From a virus (Duplodnaviria > Caudoviricetes): a stretch of DNA of 41,408 nucleotides. This document shows, piece by piece, positions 36,486 to 41,408 of this stretch. The notes under the pieces are model-generated. The model had not been told where the DNA came from. It saw nothing but the letters and a program-made list of their open reading frames with translations, and ran no database searches. The stretch is from the IMG/VR virus record IMGVR_UViG_3300032212_000049, positions 1 through 41,408 of that record; one strand, 5' to 3'. Numbering within the stretch: the stretch's first letter is position 1; every line of letters starts with the position of its first letter. Made by a program: the position numbers and the translations under genes.

Positions 36486-36604
36486 AAGAACTAGCCCTAG
36501 TAAATATGATGCTTAAAGATATTCGCCACCTTCATAGCTTGGTGGAAAAAGTCACTAAGGAGCTTGAAAACGACGCAAAAAAGAGCCCACAAAAGGCCGC
36601 TTAA
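36482..36604 (+). CDS. Small protein (40 aa) coupled to the upstream gene
   Basis: GGAGGT SD, ATGA overlap; MKELALVNMMLKDIRHLHSLVEKVTKELENDAKKSPQKAA*. Confidence 0.65.
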   Translation: MKELALVNMMLKDIRHLHSLVEKVTKELENDAKKSPQKAA

Positions 36605-36620
36605 ATAACTCATTTTGAAG

Positions 36621-36644
36621 AACCCGCCAAGTGCGGGTTTTTTA
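36621..36644 (+). terminator. Rho-independent terminator
   Basis: aacccgc-caagt-gcgggtt followed by a T run. Confidence 0.85.
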
Positions 36645-36692
36645 TTGCCAAAACCTTACAGCCTGTAACCCTGTCGCAGAACACAAAGCCAC

Positions 36693-37031
36693 CTAATTCT
36701 CAACCTTCCACAAATCAATTGGCAGCTTGTAATGATCAACAATTGAGTTGAGCTTATGCCAGTGTTTTAACCCCTTTTTATTCTTGATAATCAAAACGAT
36801 TCCGGCTTTTTTGTTTGTCTCGAACGCATAGCCCAATGACTGCCCGATTGCCTCAGCCCATTTTTCAGAAAAATCATATTCTATTGCATGAGTGTTAGTA
36901 ACGCAGTCAACGCGCGTCCTGTCATGCAATACGTATTCTATCGCGCCTTTACAATATTTATTCTGGTAATAGTTTTCTGGTTTACCGGCAAGCGCCATAC
37001 CAGCAAAAAGCAATAATATGAGTATCTTCAC
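36693..37031 (-). CDS. Exported protein with a restriction-endonuclease-like motif set
   Basis: Signal peptide MKILILLLFAGMALA; E...RVDC...AIEYD...EAIGQSLGY. Confidence 0.7.
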   Translation of the reverse strand: MKILILLLFAGMALAGKPENYYQNKYCKGAIEYVLHDRTRVDCVTNTHAIEYDFSEKWAEAIGQSLGYAFETNKKAGIVLIIKNKKGLKHWHKLNSIVDHYKLPIDLWKVEN

Positions 37032-37141
37032 AAATCAATCCTCGTAATAACACCTTTATTTTATCCAAACAGGACCAACAGCGCTCCGAATTCGCTCCAA
37101 ACTACAAATATTTTGCAGAAAAATAAAAAATAGAATTTATT

Positions 37142-37210
37142 TAAAGAATGCTTTACTTTTAAAAATAAAGTATGCTTTAATTAATACCAACAAACTTAAA
37201 GCATGCTTTG
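37142..37210. promoter_or_regulatory. OL-like operators (three copies)
   Basis: taaagaatgcttta at 37142, taaagtatgcttta at 37166 and taaagcatgctttg at 37197. Confidence 0.82.
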
Positions 37211-37255
37211 GTTACCACTAACACAGTGAACCAAAGAAGAAACGGAGTATTCGGG

Positions 37256-37444
37256 ATGAACAAAACGCCACTTGATGAAAAAATCAGACAGATTGAAAAC
37301 AGCATTCTGTATTTAGTAAAGGCGCTGCCGTATGCAGACCACGGCGCATATCAGCAGGACAAGGAGCGTATTGCTAGCCTGAAAGGCGAACTGTCGTACT
37401 GGGAAGGCTTAAGAGCATTAGAAGCGCAGAGCAAGGCGGCATGA
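37256..37444 (+). CDS. Hypothetical early protein
   Basis: GGAG SD before ATG 37256. Confidence 0.7.
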   Translation: MNKTPLDEKIRQIENSILYLVKALPYADHGAYQQDKERIASLKGELSYWEGLRALEAQSKAA

Positions 37445-37551
37445 CGCTAATTATTATCTGGATACTGACAATGGTTGCCATGATGTTTATCGGCAGAAAG
37501 TCAAAAGAACGTAAATCACATTTTGGTAGGAGCAATGAAAATGAGCACTAA
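37441..37551 (+). CDS. Small single-TM protein (36 aa)
   Basis: ATGA overlap; MTLIIIWILTMVAMMFIGRKSKERK... Confidence 0.5.
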   Translation: MTLIIIWILTMVAMMFIGRKSKERKSHFGRSNENEH

Positions 37552-37816
37552 ATTATCAATTTGGTTGGGCATAGGGCGTCTTAATAAAGGCGATATTACG
37601 GCCAATAATTACGATTTTTTTGAAAACGTTGAGGTTGGCAGTATTAATGGCGATTCAGGCGCAGAAAAAGTAAAGCTTGCTGATTCTCTAATTGAGCTTG
37701 GCGAACTGCCAGATATTGACGCACTAATAGCGCAGCGTCATCAAGAACTTATTGATGCTGAAGAAAGTCGACATCAAGAACGCATGGAAGAACTAAACAA
37801 AATTCAGGCCGCTTAA
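37535..37816 (+). CDS. Hypothetical early protein
   Basis: AGGAG SD; acidic, with a C-terminal coiled coil. Confidence 0.7.
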   Translation: MKMSTKLSIWLGIGRLNKGDITANNYDFFENVEVGSINGDSGAEKVKLADSLIELGELPDIDALIAQRHQELIDAEESRHQERMEELNKIQAA

Positions 37817-37873
37817 TAGAGCGAGACTTTTACGGCGATGTATGTAGTGCCGCTTTTTTTAATTAGGTGATTT

Positions 37874-38077
37874 ATGGATATTTTAGCGCAATTAAATAAA
37901 AGCTTTATCAATATATTTGGTGAGCAAGTAAAAGACAGTCTTTTTCAGCAGGGCATGATTGACTGCACCAATAATAAAGCTCCTGCTTCTGATAATCACG
38001 AATATTTAAACGGCTACGCTGCTCAATATGAGCACGAGCAAAAATTAAGTAGCTTAGAAAGATTTGAGGGATTTTAA
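37874..38077 (+). CDS. Hypothetical protein
   Basis: AGGTGA SD; 67 aa. Confidence 0.7.
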   Translation: MDILAQLNKSFINIFGEQVKDSLFQQGMIDCTNNKAPASDNHEYLNGYAAQYEHEQKLSSLERFEGF

Positions 38078-38078
38078 G

Positions 38079-38717
38079 ATGGGCATTCCAATTTTAGTTT
38101 TAGGTGAGTCTGGCTCAGGAAAATCAACCAGTTTACGCAATATGGATTCCGCCGAAGTTGCGTTAATTCAAGTTATTAAAAAGCCATTGCCATTTAAGTC
38201 AATCGACTGGAAGCCTTATACGACCGATGACTGGAATCATATAAAACAGGCAATGGACAAGGCTGTTGCGGGTGGCCGCTCAATTATTGTGATTGACGAT
38301 TTCCAATACTTAATGGCAAATGAATTCATGAGAGCCCATAACATTAAAGGCTTTGATAAATTTACAGAAATTGCGTTTCATGCCTGGGATGTTATGCGTC
38401 ACGCTCAAAGCCTGCCAGAACGCGTAAGGGTATATTTTTTAAGCCATACATCAACGGATGATCAGGGTACTACGAAAGCCAAGACTATAGGCAAGATGCT
38501 AGATGAAAAAATCACTGTTGAAGGGCTATTTACTATCGTTCTGCGAACACTGCGCAACGATCAAGGCTATTTCTTCACAACTCAAAACAACGGCCAAGAC
38601 ACTGTTAAGTCGCCTATCGGTATGTTTGAGCAGAATCAAATTGAAAACAACTTAGATTACGTCGATCAACAAATAGTCGAATATTACGACTTAATACAAA
38701 AGGAAAATGCAGCATGA
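38079..38717 (+). CDS. AAA ATPase, Sak4-like single-strand annealing recombinase
   Basis: GESGSGKST Walker A, VIDD Walker B, KTIGKMLD and KSPIGMF motifs. Confidence 0.82.
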   Translation: MGIPILVLGESGSGKSTSLRNMDSAEVALIQVIKKPLPFKSIDWKPYTTDDWNHIKQAMDKAVAGGRSIIVIDDFQYLMANEFMRAHNIKGFDKFTEIAFHAWDVMRHAQSLPERVRVYFLSHTSTDDQGTTKAKTIGKMLDEKITVEGLFTIVLRTLRNDQGYFFTTQNNGQDTVKSPIGMFEQNQIENNLDYVDQQIVEYYDLIQKENAA

Positions 38718-39352
38718 ATTATTCACTAGATACTAAGCTAGCACGTGAAGGCTCCGGCAATACTGGCGGACGAATTCAAGAAACAGGCCCGTACAAAGGC
38801 GTCATTGAATGGGCAAGAGAGCAGGTTAACGCTAATGGAACGCATTTAATTGAGATTAAATTCCTAAGCGTTGATAACCAGTACGCAAATATAACCATCT
38901 ACACGCAAAATGCGTCTGGTGAACAGTTGCATGGAATGAGTCAAATACATGCGCTTATGTCTTGTCTAAAAGTTAGGTCAATGAATGCAATTCCTGGCGA
39001 AGTAGAAGCCTATGATTTTGATTTAGGGCAAGTTACTAAGCAGCAATCAATGGTGTTGCCTGAGCTTGCAAATAAGCCTATCGGAATGCTTTTACAGAAA
39101 GAGTTTTATACTAACAGCAAAGGTGAGCAAAAAGACCAGATGAATTTGTACGCCCCTTTCACTTCTGACACTGAACAGGTGTCAAAAGAGGTACTTGATA
39201 ACAAAGGCGAATCTGAAATGCTGGTCAAGTTGGTTGAAAGCGTTAAGGACAAATACCGGAACAACGTGAAACCTATTAACAGTGCGCCTTCATATCAGAG
39301 TCAAGAGCCTGCGCCAGCAATTAACGAATTTGACGATATCCCTTTTAGCTAA
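38714..39352 (+). CDS. Putative ssDNA-binding protein
   Basis: Follows the Sak4-like gene; acidic DDIPF tail. Confidence 0.7.
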   Translation: MNYSLDTKLAREGSGNTGGRIQETGPYKGVIEWAREQVNANGTHLIEIKFLSVDNQYANITIYTQNASGEQLHGMSQIHALMSCLKVRSMNAIPGEVEAYDFDLGQVTKQQSMVLPELANKPIGMLLQKEFYTNSKGEQKDQMNLYAPFTSDTEQVSKEVLDNKGESEMLVKLVESVKDKYRNNVKPINSAPSYQSQEPAPAINEFDDIPFS

Positions 39353-39360
39353 GAGGACAC

Positions 39361-39837
39361 ATGACAACCTCGAAAAAAACATGTTTTAAATGTGAGATAG
39401 AAAAGCCTGTTGATAGCTTTTACTCACACTCAAAAATGAAGGACATGCGTTTAAATAAGTGCAAGGAATGCACTAAAGGAGATGTAAGGCAGCATAGGCG
39501 TGATGATAGGTATAGAGAAAAGGTGCTTGCTTATGATCGCTTGAGAGGTAATAGGCAAAGCCTCTCATATAAGCAGCAACACAAGAAAGCCCATGAAAAT
39601 CAATACAAAGCAAGACATGCAGTTAACAATGCGGTCAGGGATAAACGAATTATCAAACCTAATCGTTGTGAGCATTGCGGAATAGAAGCAAGACTTCACG
39701 GCCATCATCATGATTATGATAAGCCGCTGTCAGTTATCTGGCTTTGTGTTCCTTGCCATAGGCAGATTCATGTGTTCATGGATTTAGTCAAAAAGGCAGA
39801 GCAACGAAACGAAAGTAAAGAGGAAAAAGTTTCATGA
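39361..39837 (+). CDS. Zinc-binding HNH-like protein
   Basis: CFKC...CKEC...CEHC...HHHDYDKPLSVIWLCVPCH. Confidence 0.75.
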   Translation: MTTSKKTCFKCEIEKPVDSFYSHSKMKDMRLNKCKECTKGDVRQHRRDDRYREKVLAYDRLRGNRQSLSYKQQHKKAHENQYKARHAVNNAVRDKRIIKPNRCEHCGIEARLHGHHHDYDKPLSVIWLCVPCHRQIHVFMDLVKKAEQRNESKEEKVS

Positions 39838-40622
39838 TTACATTTTTAGATATTGAAACCATACCTGGCCAAAGCTGTTTTGATTCATTCATAACTGAAG
39901 CAAGGGAGAATTTCAAGGCACCAAGCGACCTTAGCAAAACAAAAGCTTGTTCTGATCTTGGGCTAACCGGCAATGATGCAAAGTATATATCGAAAGCGGA
40001 TGCAATTCTGAAATGGGAAGAACAATTTGCTCAAGAAAAAGCGCCTGAAGTTGCAGAACAGGAATGGCGCAAAACGTCATTTAATGGCGCTATTGGAGAA
40101 CTTGTCTCAATTGCTTGGGCTGTTGAAGATGACGAAGTTCAAAGCATTAATCGACAGTCAGATTTTAATGGTGGTGAGCTTTTACTTAGCTCTGAGACGG
40201 AAATGTTAGAAGATTTCTATTCGCAGCTAAAAAAGCGATTGAATAAACGAAAGCCATTTTTTATCGGGCAGTTTATTGGTGGCTTTGATCTTCAGTTCCT
40301 GTTTCATCGATCAGTAATTTTAGGAGTTCGTCCGCCTTTCGACCTGCCATTCAACGGTCGCCATAATCAAAATTTTTATGACACTCAGATAGCCTGGGCT
40401 GGTTATAAAGGCCGTATGTCACAAGACAACATTTGCAAAGCGCTTGGAATTGAAGGTAAGCCTGGAGACATTGATGGCTCGAAAGTATGGGATTTTGTAA
40501 AAGCGGGTGACATTAAACGAGTTGCTGAGTACAACCGTGATGACGTTAAAAAGAATCGCGAGATTTACAAGCGCATTAACTTTATTGACCGTGTAGGTTC
40601 AAGCCCCCTACAAAGGGCTTAA
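39834..40622 (+). CDS. 3'-5' exonuclease (DEDDy, PolB-exo-like)
   Basis: LDIET, FDL, YDT and YNRDDV motifs. Confidence 0.85.
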   Translation: MITFLDIETIPGQSCFDSFITEARENFKAPSDLSKTKACSDLGLTGNDAKYISKADAILKWEEQFAQEKAPEVAEQEWRKTSFNGAIGELVSIAWAVEDDEVQSINRQSDFNGGELLLSSETEMLEDFYSQLKKRLNKRKPFFIGQFIGGFDLQFLFHRSVILGVRPPFDLPFNGRHNQNFYDTQIAWAGYKGRMSQDNICKALGIEGKPGDIDGSKVWDFVKAGDIKRVAEYNRDDVKKNREIYKRINFIDRVGSSPLQRA

Positions 40623-40645
40623 TGATGAGTCGCGACGACTTATGT

Positions 40646-40668
40646 ATGAAATCAAACGGGCGAACATG
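40646..40668 (+). repeat. 23-bp direct repeat, left copy
   Basis: Identical to 276-298. Confidence 0.9.
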
Positions 40669-40725
40669 ATCAATTAACTAATTAACATTAGTGACGAAAC
40701 TGTCATTATTGACCAGGTAAATAGA

Positions 40726-41408
40726 ATGAAAACAATAGAAATATTACTAACTAAAGAACAGAAAGAGCAAATTAACAATCATTCCATGACCCTCGAAGAG
40801 TTTCTTGCAAAGGTCGGTGGAAGCAAATCATCTTTAAAAGAATTGTCTTGCAATGAAGCCCTAAAAGCTGTCGAAAGAAACGGCTATGCTCTGCGATACG
40901 TCAATAATCAAACAGAAGCCATATGTCTAAAAGCTGTCGAAAATGACGGCAATGCTCTGCGATACGTCAATAATCAAACAGAAGCCATATGTCTAAAAGC
41001 TGTCGAAAGAAACGGCAATGCTCTGCGATACGTCAATAATCAAACAGAAGCCATATGTCTAAAAGCTGTCGAAAATGACGGCAATGCTCTGCGATACGTC
41101 AATAATCAAACAGAAGCCATATGTCTAAAAGCTGTCGAAAGAAACGGCTATGCTCTGCAATACGTCAATAATCAAACAGAAGCCATATGTCTAAAAGCTG
41201 TCGAAAATGACGGCAATGCTCTGCGATACGTCAATAATCAAACAGAAGCCATATGTCTAAAAGCTGTCGAAAGAAACGGCTATGCTCTGCGATACGTCAA
41301 TAATCAAACAGAAGCCATATGTCTAAAAGCTGTCGAAAGAAACGGCTATGCTCTGCAATACGTCAATAATCAAACAGAAGCCATATGTCTAAAAGCTGTC
41401 GAAAATGA
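40726..41408 (+). CDS. 22-aa repeat protein (DUF4116-like), N-terminal part; continues at position 3
   Basis: MKTIEILLTKEQKEQ...NEALKAVERNGYALRYVNNQTEAIC... open to the window end. Confidence 0.85.
   Translation, partial: MKTIEILLTKEQKEQINNHSMTLEEFLAKVGGSKSSLKELSCNEALKAVERNGYALRYVNNQTEAICLKAVENDGNALRYVNNQTEAICLKAVERNGNALRYVNNQTEAICLKAVENDGNALRYVNNQTEAICLKAVERNGYALQYVNNQTEAICLKAVENDGNALRYVNNQTEAICLKAVERNGYALRYVNNQTEAICLKAVERNGYALQYVNNQTEAICLKAVEN
40861..41408 (+). repeat. 66-bp coding tandem repeat, 8 full copies plus a partial
   Basis: Units differ only at three positions (AGAAAC/AATGAC, TAT/AAT, CGA/CAA). Confidence 0.97.

Larger units (their letters stand above)
1..41408. mobile_element. 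Complete or near-complete temperate siphophage genome (HK97/lambda-like organisation), circularly permuted
   Basis: Contains integration, immunity, replication, lysis, packaging, head and tail modules. Positions 41369-41408 are identical to 1-40, and an ORF reads through the join. Confidence 0.93.

Noticed and set aside
40861-41408. 66-bp repeats as a CRISPR array
   Set aside because: The units are contiguous with no unique spacers, keep an open reading frame, and no cas genes are present.

Overview
The window is an essentially complete, circularly permuted ~41.4 kb temperate HK97/lambda-like siphophage genome. The last 40 nt equal the first 40 nt, and the join lies inside a 66-bp coding tandem repeat. 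The order is: early accessory genes, xis/int/intact attP (tRNA-Arg 3' half), a decayed C5-methyltransferase, CsrA, a minus-strand tail-head-packaging-lysis-nin-replication block, the cro/cI switch with operators, immunity-region morons and a Sak4-type recombination module. The most striking unexplained structure is at 665-3383. It is an array of small promoterless ORFs separated by 8-9 integron attC-like hairpins (..TAAC / GTT..), and the first 7-9 nt of each unit are the reverse complement of its own end. This is the footprint of cassettes that existed as circles, yet no IntI is recognisable in the phage. Other leads are a candidate type I toxin-antitoxin locus, a catalytically degenerate Dam-like gene in the head operon, an integrase lacking both catalytic arginines, and a combinatorially variable 22-aa repeat gene flanked by 23-bp direct repeats. 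All family calls come from motif recognition by eye; no searches were run.
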